Shown: piece by piece, positions 9,633 through 23,640 of the stretch | How the letters are laid out: each line of letters opens with the position of its first letter | How positions within the stretch are numbered: the first letter of the stretch is position 1 | Source of the DNA: an uncultured Actinomycetota bacterium | GTDB taxonomy: Bacteria > Actinomycetota > Acidimicrobiia > Acidimicrobiales > Bog-793 | Direction: 5' to 3' | NCBI GenBank assembly: GCA_963747085.1 | Contig: CAVVDX010000001.1 | Span: 2,242,437 to 2,306,436, forward strand | Length of the DNA: 64,000 nt | Position numbers and translations under genes: made by a program | The notes under the pieces: generated by a model | Databases searched by the model: none | Seen by the model: only the letters and a program-made list of their open reading frames with translations | What the model was told of the DNA's origin: nothing

Positions 9633-10676
9633 GCGCGACTCGTCGGCCAGCCCCGAGCGACGGCGCTGCTCGCGGCCTCGGTCGCCTCGCCCGTCAACGC
9701 CTACCTGTTCATCGGGCCCGCCGGAACCGGCAAGCGCGACGCGGCCCTCGCCTTCGCCGCCGCGCTCGTCTGCCCGACAGGCGGATGCGGGCGGTGCGCC
9801 GCGTGCACCGAGGCCCTCGCCGGGCGCCATCCCGACGTCGTGCTCGTCGAGCGCAGCTCGCAGTCGATCCGCGTCGAGGAGGCACGGTCGGTCATCGCCA
9901 TGGCGCAACGCGCTCCCCGCGTCGCCCCGTACCAGGTGCTGGTGCTCTCGGACTTCCACCTCGTCGACGAGGCGGCGCCGGCGCTGCTCAAGACGATCGA
10001 GGAGCCGCCCTCCTCCACGGTGTTCGTCGTGCTGGCCGAGCGCGTCCCGCCGCCGCTCGTGACGATCGCCAGCCGTTGCGTCGAGGTGCGCTTCGGCCCG
10101 CTCGACGAGGCCGACGTCGCCGAGGTGCTGCGCGGCGAAGGCGTCGAGCCCGAGCGCGCCGTGGAGGTCGCCGCGGCGAGTGGCGGGCGCCTCGACCGGG
10201 CCCGGTTGCTCGCCCGCGATCCGGGCGCCGGCGCGCGCCAGGCGTTGTGGCGCGCCGCGCCCGAGCAGCTCGACGGCACGGGTTCGACCGTCGTCCTGCT
10301 TGCTGCCAAGCTGCTCGCAGCGTGCGACGAGGTCGTCGACGTCGTGCGCGCCCGCCAGGCGGAGGAGCTGGAGTCGCTCGCCGAGGAGGCGCGGGCGGGC
10401 GGCGAGCGCTCGAGCGGGCGCACCGCGGCCGTGGACGAGCGCCACCGTCGCGAGCAGCGGCGGGCCCGAACCGACGAGCTACGCGCCGGACTCGGTTGGC
10501 TGGCTGGCGCATGTCGCGACCGAGCGCTCGTTGCGGGCATCCCGACGAGGCGAGTCCGCGGCCTGCTCGACGCGGCGGCTGCGGTGGACGAGGCGGGCGC
10601 GGCCCTCGTTCGCAACCCGAACGAGTCGCTGCTGCTCCAGGCGTTGCTCGCGCGCATCGACCGCTGTGCCGGCTGA
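9573..10676 (+). CDS. holB: DNA polymerase III delta' subunit
   Basis: AYLFIGPAGTGKRDAALAFAAALVC, zinc-module-like CGRCAACTEA, and LLKTIEEPP. The true start may be GTG 9511 (GTGA overlap with tmk) if the 14-nt repeat unit lost one base. Confidence 0.8.
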   Translation: MPVPSVPVPSVPAASVPAVLARLVGQPRATALLAASVASPVNAYLFIGPAGTGKRDAALAFAAALVCPTGGCGRCAACTEALAGRHPDVVLVERSSQSIRVEEARSVIAMAQRAPRVAPYQVLVLSDFHLVDEAAPALLKTIEEPPSSTVFVVLAERVPPPLVTIASRCVEVRFGPLDEADVAEVLRGEGVEPERAVEVAAASGGRLDRARLLARDPGAGARQALWRAAPEQLDGTGSTVVLLAAKLLAACDEVVDVVRARQAEELESLAEEARAGGERSSGRTAAVDERHRREQRRARTDELRAGLGWLAGACRDRALVAGIPTRRVRGLLDAAAAVDEAGAALVRNPNESLLLQALLARIDRCAG

Positions 10677-10686
10677 GGAGGACGCC

Positions 10687-11552
10687 ATGTCCCAGCTACG
10701 TTTCGTCGCGACCGATGCGCACGGCGTGCAGCACCTCGTCGACCATCCGCGTGTCTGGCCGTTGCCCGGTCCGGATTCTCCGGGGGAGATCGCGCACGTC
10801 CACGAGGGTGAGCACCCGCTCGTCCTGCTCGGGGCCGACGCGTTGCTCGAGGAGCTCGGCGACCGCATCTTCCTCGCCGAGGAGGCCGACGGCGGCGCGC
10901 TGCTGGTTCGCGAGCTGCCATGGGATCTGGCGCGCACCGCGACCTTCGCGCTCGACTGCGCCGAGCACGCGCTGTCCGTGCTCGGCGTGGACGGCGACGA
11001 CGAGCTCCGCCTCTCCGACGGCACGACGCTGCGCGAGCTGCTCGACGAGGCCCGACGATACGTGGAGTCGGCCGGCGAGAGCGACGACCGGCGACTGGCT
11101 GCGCTGTCCCGACTGGCGCTGGCTCGCCGTGTTGCCAAGGACCAGCAGCGGGTGGCTGCCTTGGCCATGGCGGCGGTGAGCGACGACGAGACCACCGAGC
11201 TCGACGTCATCGACGACCCTCGCTGGGCCGAATTCGCCGCCCTCTCGAGCGCGTTGCTGGCGTGCGCCGAGGTGCTGCGCCACCTGGCGCTTCCGCGCTA
11301 TGTGGCTGCTCGCGAGCGCACCTACGAGATCGAGGGCGACGAAGCACCCGAGGCCGGAGAGGCGTGGGTGACGCCCTGGGGCCCCGTGGCGCGCGTCTCG
11401 GGCCACGTGCCGACCTATGTCCCCGCGTTCGTCTCGGCACGCGACGCCGCCGAGCGGGCACGCCAGGCGGTCGCCGACTCGTTCGGGCCCGAGGCGGCGC
11501 TCGCCGAGCGCGACTTCCAGGTCGCCCGGCTGTCCGAGCTGCTCGGGCTGGG

Positions 11553-11556
<4 letters not shown>
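10687..11556 (+). CDS. hypothetical acidic, helix-rich protein (289 aa)
   Basis: ATG preceded by GAGGAGGA. High GC3 throughout. No motif I can assign confidently. Confidence 0.55.
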
Positions 11557-15542
<3,986 letters not shown>

Positions 15543-15546
<4 letters not shown>

Positions 15547-16811
15547 CCCGCTACGGGCTCGGCCGTGCCGCGAGCCGCGGACTCGCCGTCGAGCTCGAAG
15601 GCCGTCGTGCAGCGCCGCGCACGGCCCGGTCGGCCGATCGCCGGCGTCGATCGACGCAGGAGATGCGGATCGGCGAGGTCGAGATCATCTCGATGTTGAT
15701 CTCCTCGGCGGCGAGCACCTCGAACATCGTCGCCGTCACGCCCGGGTGGGTCTTCATCCCGGCCCCGACGATCGAGACCTGCGCGACGTCGCTCGTCGAC
15801 GAGCACCGACTTCGGCGCCGATCGTCGGGCGCCAGCTCCTCGCTCACCTCCATCGCCGACGCCGAGGTCGGTCTTCGGCACGGTGAAGGAGATGTCGGTC
15901 GATAGCCGTCGAGGGAGGTGTTCTGCACGATCATGTCGACGTTGACGGTGCGCTCGGCGAGCGCCCGGAACAGCGCCGCGGCGACGCCCGGGCCGGTCCG
16001 GCACGCCGGCGACGGTGAGCTTGGCCTCGGACGTGTCGCTCGTCACCGCCGAGACGATCGGCCTGCTCCATGATCGGGTCCTCCTCGGTGACGACGGTGC
16101 CCGGCTCCCAGGTGAAGCTCGAGCGGACGTGGAGCGGGACGTGGTGGTTGCGGGCGAACTCGACCGAGCGCAGCGCGAGCACCTTGCCGCCGGTGGCGGC
16201 GATCTCGAGCATCTCCTCGAAGGAGATGCGGCGCAGGCGCCGGGCGGTCGGGACGATGCGCGGGTCGGCGCTGAACACCCCCGAGACGTCGGTGTAGATC
16301 TCGCAGCGGTCGGCGCCGAGGGCGGCCGCGAGGGCGACGGCGGTCAGTGTCCGAGCCGCCGCGGCCGAGCGTGGTGACGTCGCGCTCGGTCGAGACGCCC
16401 TGGAACCCCGCCACGACCGGGACGACGCCCGTCGGCGAGCGCCTCGCGCAGCCGGTCGGGGCGGATCTCGAGGATCTTGGCCTTGGTGTGCGCGGTGTCG
16501 GTGATGATGCCGGCCTGGCTGCCGGTGAACGACGCTGCGGCGACGCCGAGCTCGGCGAGCGCCATGCACGACCAGCGCCATCGAGATGCGCTCGCCGGCG
16601 GTGAGCAGCATGTCGAGCTCGCGCCCGGGCTGGACCGCGCTCACGTCGTCGGCGAGGCGGATGAGCGATCGTCGGTCGTCTTGCCCATCGCGCTCACGAC
16701 GACGACGACGTCGTCGCCGGCGCGGCGGGTGCGGGCGACGTGGTCGGCGACGGCGCGGATGCGGTCGGCGTCGGCGACGGAGGTGCCGCCGAACTTCTGG
16801 ACGGTCAGCAC
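15543..16811 (-). pseudogene. lysC: aspartokinase, frameshifted as assembled
   Basis: GTG 16811 gives [24 protein letters not shown]. Also [14 protein letters not shown]-like, [19 protein letters not shown] and ACT-domain segments ([35 protein letters not shown]) across frames. Confidence 0.85.
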
Positions 16812-16899
16812 GTCAGAGCCCGTACGGGGACGGCACGGCGGGGCCGGAGCAGGGCATGCCCCGACACGTATCCCGGCTGACGCAGTAGCTTGACCGTCC

Positions 16900-17823
16900 G
16901 TGCCGAGCGAGAAGCGGGCGCGCCAGCGCGCCTATCGAGAGCAGAAGCGCGCCGTGGAAGAGCGCCGCAAGCGCCGCCGTCGCTACCTGAGGACGACCGG
17001 CGCGGGCGCCATCGTCGTCGCCATCGTCGTCGTGCTCGTCGTCGTGCTCTCGAGCGGCTCGGGCAAGCCCGTCGCCGAAGAACGACCCCGACGACGACGA
17101 CCGAGCCGACTGCGACCACCGACGCCGACCGACGACCACCGAGCCCGCGGCGAGCACTCGCCGTCGCGCCGGTCTGCCCGCCGAGCGGCCCGCCGGGCGC
17201 TACGAAGCGGGTGATCCACTTCACCAAGGCGCCGCCGATCTGCATCTCGCCGACCGGCGTCTACGACGCCACGGTCGTCACCGACGTCGGGACCTTCGTC
17301 GTCAGGATGGACGCTGCGGCCTCGCCGGCGGCGGTGAACAACTTCGTCTTCCTCGCCCGCTACCACTTCTTCGACGGTGTCGGTCTTCCACCGTGTCATC
17401 CCCGGCTTCGTCGTCCAGGGCGGCGACCCGACGGGCACCGGCTCGCGGCGGGCCCGGCTACTCCTGGACCGGCAACACCCCGCCGACGTCGTGCACGGCG
17501 AAGAACGACTGCTACCCGGTGTACTCGCGTGGCGATGGCCAACTCGAGCGGGCCGTCGACCAACGGCAGCCAGTTCTTCATCGTGCTGCCGGGCGGGCAG
17601 AACACAGCTCGAACCAGGAACCGAACTACACCCTGTTCGGCCAGGTCGTCTCGGGTACGGGCGTCGTCGCCAAGATCGGCGCCGACGGCACCTCGAGCCG
17701 GGACCGCCGAAGGTGCTGCACCACATGAAGAAGGTGACGATCACCCAGGTCTCCGGCGGCGCAGCCGGCCGAGCTGACCGCGCAGCAAGCCATCAAGCGA
17801 CGAGAACGGAGCCCCGCCCATGA
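16900..17823 (+). pseudogene. cyclophilin-type peptidyl-prolyl isomerase with N-terminal membrane anchor, frameshifted as assembled
   Basis: N-terminal basic stretch plus TM (GAGAIVVAIVVVLVVVL). Then [46 protein letters not shown] and YTLFGQVVSG in several frames. The terminal frame stop overlaps the next ATG (ATGA). Confidence 0.7.
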
Positions 17824-18378
17824 CCACCGAGTGCCCAGCCGCTGACGGCTCGACGGAGAAGCGCCAGCACTTCGACGCCCACCCGCCGATGTGCATCGAC
17901 CTCTCGAAGCGCTACACGCGCGGTGATGGAGACCTCGAAGGGGACGATCACCTTCGCCCTCGACGCGCTCGGCCGCGCCGCGCACCGTCAACAACTTCGT
18001 CGTCCTCGCCCGCTACCACTACTTCGACGGCATCGTCTTCCACCGGATCATCCCGGGCTTCGTCGTCCAGGGCGGTGACCCGACCGGCACCGGGCTCGGG
18101 CGGACCCGGCTACCGCTTCGAGGACGAGCTGCCCGCCGCCGGCCGCTACGAGATCGGCTCGCTGGCGATGGCGAACGCCGGGCCGGACACCAACGGCAGC
18201 CAGTTCTTCATCATCTCCGGCCCCAACGGCACCGCAGCTGCCGCCGAACTACTCGCTGTTCGGCAAGGCCGTCGCCGGGCTCGACGTCGTGGCCGCGATC
18301 GAGGCGGTCGGCAGCCCGTCCGGGCGCCCGAGCGAACGCGTCACGATCGACTCGGTCACGATCAACGAGCTCGACTGA
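17820..18378 (+). pseudogene. cyclophilin-type peptidyl-prolyl isomerase (soluble), frameshifted as assembled
   Basis: [60 protein letters not shown] and [16 protein letters not shown] are recoverable across frames. Confidence 0.8.
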
Positions 18379-18450
18379 ACCTCAGCGCTCGGCCCGGTAC
18401 AGCCCGACCGGCCGGAGCGAGGATCGAGGTTCGCCACGCCGGGTCATGGT

Positions 18451-19189
18451 TCAGCCCGCTGGCTTGCCGGCGAGCGCCGCCAGCCCTGCGTCGGTGCCGG
18501 CGACGAAGACGGCCGCGGCCTCGCCGCCGCCGACCACGTCCCGTCGGTGCGCGCGTACCACCCCGCCCCCGTCGGGCAGGGCGATCACCGCGCACCCGGC
18601 TGGCGCGAGCGCAAGCGTCCGCTCCAGCTGAGCCGTCGGCTCGCCGCGGTAGCCGGTGACCACGGCGCAGTCACGCAGGAGCCCGAGCCCGACGGAGAAG
18701 GCGCCGCCACGGGGGTCGACCATCGGATCGGTGAGCGTGGCGGCTCCCGCGCCGGCGCCGACGACGACGGCGCCCTCGTGCCAGGCGGCTCGCAGCGCGG
18801 CGAGGACGGTCGAGTCCTTCAGCACCGCGCGCAGGTGCAGCGGCGAGCCGTCTGACAGGTAGATCAGCCGCGCCGAGCGGACGACCTCGGCAGAGCGCGC
18901 GGTCCTCGGCGTCGGGACGGCCGAGCACCGCGCAGGTGACCATCTTCGCCCCGAGCCCGGCGAAGAACCCGCCGGCGGTGCCGAGCAGTCGCTCCGGTCG
19001 CTCGTAGGCAGCGGCGGTCGGCAGCAGCACCGCCTCGCCTCCTGCCGCCGCGAGGAGCTCGCCGAGCGCAGCCCGAACGCCGCCCGCGCTGCTGCCGCCG
19101 CCGCTGCCGTGATCGGCGGCGCTGTTCCTGCGCCACGGGTCGCTGCCGAGGAGGGCCAGCGGACCGCACTCGCCCTCGACGCGTGTCAT
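18451..19189 (-). pseudogene. peptidase S51/cyanophycinase-like (class I glutamine amidotransferase-like fold) protein, one or more frame breaks
   Basis: Fragments 18671..19387 (from M67) and 18451..18825. Pattern LIYLSDGSP-like ... VVVGAGAGAATL, where S51 enzymes have G-x-S-A-G-A. Family call is tentative. Confidence 0.4.
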
Positions 19190-19214
19190 CGGCGCCGACG
19201 CTACCGTCGCGGCC

Positions 19215-20585
19215 GTGCCGCATGTGGTGACGATCGCGACCCCCGAGCTCGGGGACCGGTCGTACCTACTGCACGACGGCCGGGTTGGCCTGGTGGTCGA
19301 CCCGCAGCGCGACGTCGACCGTGTCGAGCAGGCCGCTGCCGGCGCCGGCGTGCGCATCGCGTGCGTGGCCGAGACCCACGTGCACAACGACTACGTCTCG
19401 GGCGGCCTCGAGCTGTCCCGTTCGACGGGAGCGCCGTACCTGCTCGCCGCTTGCGAGGCCGTCGCCTTCGACCGCCGTGAGGTCACCGACGGCGACGTCC
19501 TGTCCCTCGGCACGATGACGCTGACCGTGGTCGCCACGCCGGGGCACACGCCAGGCCACCTCTCCTACGTCGTGTCGGGCGGTGGCGGCGACGAGCAGGT
19601 CGTCTGCTCCGGCGGCTCGATGCTGTTCGGAACCGTCGGGCGGACGGACCTCCTCGGTGACGCTCTCGCCGAGGAGCTCAGTCGTGCGCAGTTCCGGTCG
19701 GTCCGCAGGCTCGCGCTCGAGCTCGCCCCGCAGACGGCGGTGCTGCCGACGCACGGGTTCGGGAGCTTCTGCTCGGCATCCCCGCCGTCGATCGCCGACA
19801 GGACGACGATCGGCGAACAGCGCCGGCGGAACCTGGCGCTCGTCGTCGACGACGAGGACTCGTTCGTGAAGGCGCTGCTCTCGGGCGCGACGCGCTACCC
19901 CGCGTACTACGCCGAGATGGCGCCGATCAACCGGGCAGGGCCCCCACCCTTCCCGCCGGGCCCCCTTGCCGCGCTCGATCCAGCCACGCTCGCCCAGCAC
20001 CTGCGCGCCGGCGGCTGGATCGTCGATCTGCGAGCCCGCCGGGAGTTCGCCGCCGCGCACCTGGCGGGCTCCGTCGGGTTCGAGCACGGCCGCTCGTTCA
20101 GCACCTACCTCGGCTGGATCGTTCCCGCCCGGGCGAGCCTGGTCCTCCTCGGCGACTCGCCCGACCTCCTCGAAGCCGCGCGGCGCGATCTCACCCGCAT
20201 CGGCCGGGACGGCCCGTACCGGGGCTGGTCCGGAGCCGCGCTCGAGCTTGCCGCCCGCGCCGGCGTCGCGCTGAGCCGCTTCGAGGTCACGAATTTCGCC
20301 GGGCTGGCCGCGGCGCTTGCCCGCGGCGAGGACGGGACGGTCCTCGACGTGCGGCGCAGCGACGAATGGTCCGCCGGGCACATCGCCGGATCCCGCAACG
20401 TGTTCGTCGCCGACCTGCCCGGGCACCTGGGGGCGCTGCCGCCCGGCCGGCTGTTCGTGCACTGCGCGAGCGGCTACCGGGCGAGCGTGGCGGCGAGCCT
20501 GCTCGAGCAGGAGGGCCGCGAGGTCGTGCTCGTGGACGACGAGTGGGACAACGCGTTGCGCAGCGGCCTGAGGATCGAGCCCTGA
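19215..20585 (+). CDS. MBL-fold hydrolase (persulfide dioxygenase-like) fused to tandem rhodanese domains
   Basis: ETHVHNDYVSGG, ATPGHTPGH and PTHGFGS. The C-terminal rhodanese domain has HCASGYRAS. Intact 456-aa ORF. Confidence 0.8.
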   Translation: MPHVVTIATPELGDRSYLLHDGRVGLVVDPQRDVDRVEQAAAGAGVRIACVAETHVHNDYVSGGLELSRSTGAPYLLAACEAVAFDRREVTDGDVLSLGTMTLTVVATPGHTPGHLSYVVSGGGGDEQVVCSGGSMLFGTVGRTDLLGDALAEELSRAQFRSVRRLALELAPQTAVLPTHGFGSFCSASPPSIADRTTIGEQRRRNLALVVDDEDSFVKALLSGATRYPAYYAEMAPINRAGPPPFPPGPLAALDPATLAQHLRAGGWIVDLRARREFAAAHLAGSVGFEHGRSFSTYLGWIVPARASLVLLGDSPDLLEAARRDLTRIGRDGPYRGWSGAALELAARAGVALSRFEVTNFAGLAAALARGEDGTVLDVRRSDEWSAGHIAGSRNVFVADLPGHLGALPPGRLFVHCASGYRASVAASLLEQEGREVVLVDDEWDNALRSGLRIEP

Positions 20586-20630
20586 GGATCGAGCCCTGAG
20601 GATCGAGCCCTGAGGATCGAGCCCTGATCC
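20567..20630. repeat. 14-bp tandem repeat CCTGAGGATCGAGC x4 plus partial copy, spanning the stop codon of the preceding gene
   Basis: Exact copies at 20567, 20581, 20595 and 20609, then CCTGATCC. The gene's TGA at 20583-20585 lies in copy 2. Confidence 0.9.
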
Positions 20631-20643
20631 TTCCTGCGGGGGC

Positions 20644-21210
20644 TCAGCCTCGCGGCTCGGGCGGGGCGACGACGCGAGCTCGCGCGAACCTGCCGGCGAT
20701 CACCTCGAGCTCGTAGGTCACGGATTTCGGCGTACGCGGCGACCCCTCGAAATCGACGCCCTCCTCGAGCAGCCGCTCGACGAACCCCTCGAGCACGTCA
20801 CCGTGCGTGCAGGCGAGCAACAGCGGGTGCGAGCCCAGGGGCCGTGGCTCGCTTCCGTCGGGCTGACCCGCTCGGTGGAGCTCGGACAGCTTGGCGAGCA
20901 GGCCGGTTTCCGCCTCCTCGGCAGGCGCCCCCTCCTCGAGGAACGCCGCCACCTCGACCGCCATCCCGCAGGCCTCGGCCGTCGGCTGCAGGGTCTGGAT
21001 GCAGCGCACGAACGGGCTGGAGAGCAGCCGGTCGGGGCGGCGGGACTCGTAGCGGGCAGCGAGCGAGCGGGCCTGGGCGAAGCCGCGGGCGTCGAGTGGC
21101 CGCAGCTCGTCCGGCTGGGTCCAGGTGCGGCGCTCGAGCGCGATGGCGTGCCGGATGAGGTGGATCACCCCGTCGGCGCGGCCCGCCGCGTCAGCGGCCA
21201 CGGCCATCAA
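20644..21210 (-). CDS. histidine phosphatase family protein (SixA/PGAM-like)
   Basis: VIHLIRHA catalytic motif near the N-terminus and a second His in LLACTHGDVL. Confidence 0.65.
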   Translation of the reverse strand: MMAVAADAAGRADGVIHLIRHAIALERRTWTQPDELRPLDARGFAQARSLAARYESRRPDRLLSSPFVRCIQTLQPTAEACGMAVEVAAFLEEGAPAEEAETGLLAKLSELHRAGQPDGSEPRPLGSHPLLLACTHGDVLEGFVERLLEEGVDFEGSPRTPKSVTYELEVIAGRFARARVVAPPEPRG

Positions 21211-21297
21211 CTGTGTCCACGCGGTCCTCCCCGTGCTCGGTGCCGCCGCGTCCGGCGGTGCGGCTCGGGTCGGGCCCCCCCCCCGGCGCCGACCCGC

Positions 21298-22101
21298 TCA
21301 GCTGACTGCCGCGCCGATGGCTGCGCCGATGCCGTATGTCGCACTGCCGGCGATCGCGCAGATGAACAATTGGCGTAGCGCCGACTTGAGCAGCGGCCGC
21401 TGCGTGAAGATCGACAGTACGGCTCCGACGGCAAGCGCTGCCACCGACGTCAGCACGATCGAGGCGATCAACGACGCGAGGCCCCCCGCCCCGGACAGGT
21501 ACGGCACGAGCGGGACGAACGCGCCGAGCGCGAACGTGACGAAGGACGACGCGGCCGCTTGCACCGGCTTGCCGAGCGCGCCGGGGTCGATGCCGAGCTC
21601 CTCGCGTGCGTGGGTGGCGAGCGCCAGCTCGGGATCGGCCATCAACTGGCTGGCCAGCTCGGCCGCGGTCGCCTCGGAGATGCCGCGGCCCCGGTAGATC
21701 TGCTCGAGCTCACGCCGCTCGCTACGGGGGTGGCGCTCGAGCTCGAGGCGTTCGACCTCGAGCTCGCGCTCGAAGACCTCGCGCTGGGCGGTCATCGACA
21801 CCCACTCACCGGCCGCCATGGAGAAGGCCCCACCGAAGAGCCCGGCGAGGCCGGCCAGCCGGATGAAGGTGCCGCCCGGATGGGCGCCGGCTGTGCCGAG
21901 CACGAGCGACACGTTGGAGACCAGGCCGTCGCTGGCGCCGAAGACGGCGGCACGCAGGCCTCCACCGCGCGGATCACGGTGCGTGTGGCCGAGGTGCACC
22001 TCGCCGGACGGGTTGCCCCTGGTGTGACGGTGGCGCGCCGGCCAGGGGGCGCGCGGGGCGTGCGGGGCGGCTGCCCCCTCGACCGTCCCTTCCGTGGGCA
22101 T
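21298..22101 (-). CDS. VIT1/CCC1 family iron/manganese transporter
   Basis: FGASDGLVSNVSLVLG, SMAAGEWVSM, a central helical ELEVERLELERHP segment and C-terminal TM helices. Confidence 0.8.
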   Translation of the reverse strand: MPTEGTVEGAAAPHAPRAPWPARHRHTRGNPSGEVHLGHTHRDPRGGGLRAAVFGASDGLVSNVSLVLGTAGAHPGGTFIRLAGLAGLFGGAFSMAAGEWVSMTAQREVFERELEVERLELERHPRSERRELEQIYRGRGISEATAAELASQLMADPELALATHAREELGIDPGALGKPVQAAASSFVTFALGAFVPLVPYLSGAGGLASLIASIVLTSVAALAVGAVLSIFTQRPLLKSALRQLFICAIAGSATYGIGAAIGAAVS

Positions 22102-22123
22102 GCCCCCAAGCTACTGGGCCACC

Positions 22124-23410
22124 TCAGAACGCCACACGCAGCGCGAGCAGGGCGGCGAGGCTGGCCACGAGCCCGGGAAGCGCCACCCTCAACGCCACCG
22201 GGAACCAGTCGCGCTGACCGACCGGCAGCCCGAGGCGCCGCAGCGTGGACAGCCACAACAACACGGCCAGGGACCCGCTCGGCACGAGCAGGGCACCGAC
22301 GTTCGTCCCGACGAGAAGCGCCCACACCGACCACGACCGCCCGTCGGAGACCCCGGGAAGGGTGATGAGCAGCGCCGGGAGGTTGTTGACGGCGTCCGAG
22401 CCGGCGCTGCCGACGGCGGTCGTGCGCGCCAGGTCGGCGGGCGACGTCCCGCCGACGAGGCTGTGCAGCGGTAGGTGGTGGGCGGTTGCGCTGGCCAGCA
22501 CGCCGAGACCGAGCACGGCCACGACGACCGACCACGGGACCGCCCGCCACGGGAGCCGCCGCGTGATCGCAACGAGGAGGACGTCCGCGCCGGCCGCGAC
22601 CTCCCACGGCTGCCCACCGGCCAGCGGTACGAGCAAGAAGCCGGCAACCACCGCGGCGACGATCACACCGCCGACGAGGAGGACCCGCCGGCTGTCGCCG
22701 GCGGCGGGCTCGCCGCCGGCCGCCCCGAGCCCTGCCTCCCCGAGCTGGGGCGCGACGGCGATCCCGCAAGCCGGGGCCTCCCGAGCGTCGTCGAAGGCGA
22801 GGCGCCGCCGGCCTCTCGTCGCAAGGACGTCGTAGCTGCGGTCGTAGGCGAACCAGCCGACCACGGTCGCTGCCACGGTGGGCAGCCCGAGGTGCTCGAC
22901 GAAAGCGCTCGCGCCGAGGTGCAGACGAGCGGCCGCGATCAGGTTGGTGAGGTTCGAGATCGGCAACGCCGACGAGGCGAGCCCCGACAGCAGCGCCGGC
23001 TGGACGGCGAGGGCGAAGGCCGACGCCCGCCGTCGAGCTGCGACACGCACGTACAGCGGCGTGAGCAGCACGACAGCGGCGTCGAGGTTGAGCCCCGCCG
23101 TGACGAGGGCGGCGATCACCCACATCCAGGCGCGGTAGTGCCCGCCGCCGGTGATCAGCCCGGCCAGCTCGCGAAAGAAGCCGTAGTGGTCGAGGAGCAC
23201 AGCGAGCGGGACGGCGAGCAGGACGAAGGCGAGCGGGGCGCCGAGCGAGCGTGCGGCTTCGCTCGCCGTCGCGGTCGGAACGACCCCGGCGGCGATCGCC
23301 ACACCGGCGAGCACAGGGGGAACCAGCGACCATCCCGCTCTCGTTCCCGAGGCGAGCACCGTCGCGATCGCGATCACGAGCATGCTCGCCGTCAGCGCTG
23401 CATCCAGCAC
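22124..23410 (-). CDS. ArsB/NhaD-superfamily permease
   Basis: Intact 428 aa, 10 or more TM segments. GLNLDAAVVLLTP and DAVNNLPA motifs typical of the family. GTG start. Confidence 0.65.
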   Translation of the reverse strand: MLDAALTASMLVIAIATVLASGTRAGWSLVPPVLAGVAIAAGVVPTATASEAARSLGAPLAFVLLAVPLAVLLDHYGFFRELAGLITGGGHYRAWMWVIAALVTAGLNLDAAVVLLTPLYVRVAARRRASAFALAVQPALLSGLASSALPISNLTNLIAAARLHLGASAFVEHLGLPTVAATVVGWFAYDRSYDVLATRGRRRLAFDDAREAPACGIAVAPQLGEAGLGAAGGEPAAGDSRRVLLVGGVIVAAVVAGFLLVPLAGGQPWEVAAGADVLLVAITRRLPWRAVPWSVVVAVLGLGVLASATAHHLPLHSLVGGTSPADLARTTAVGSAGSDAVNNLPALLITLPGVSDGRSWSVWALLVGTNVGALLVPSGSLAVLLWLSTLRRLGLPVGQRDWFPVALRVALPGLVASLAALLALRVAF

Positions 23411-23413
23411 GCT

Positions 23414-23454
23414 TGGTTCCTTCCGTGGTTCCTTCCGGCAGGCGGGCGGGTTCC
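23414..23454. promoter_or_regulatory. direct repeats: TGGTTCCTTCCG x2 in tandem plus a third GGTTCC
   Basis: GGTTCC at 23415, 23427 and 23449 (12- and 22-bp spacing). Located in the 230-bp divergent region between the permease and the response regulator. Confidence 0.25.
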
Positions 23455-23640
23455 GGCCTCGACACCGAGAATTCGTGTCAGCTTCACGCTTCGTTCATCG
23501 CAGCTTCCATTGCACGTACGAGCGACCTGCAACCATCGGGATTTCGGGCTTTGCCGATGCCGGCGACGGCGGACATGTGTGAGTCAGTGGATGTCTACCG
23601 TGGACAAGACGGCCGGCAGCCAGACCACGTCGGGTCGCGA

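Noticed and set aside
20567-20630. Possible mini CRISPR array
   Set aside because: The units are contiguous with no spacers, only 14 bp long, and there are no cas genes. It is a simple tandem repeat.
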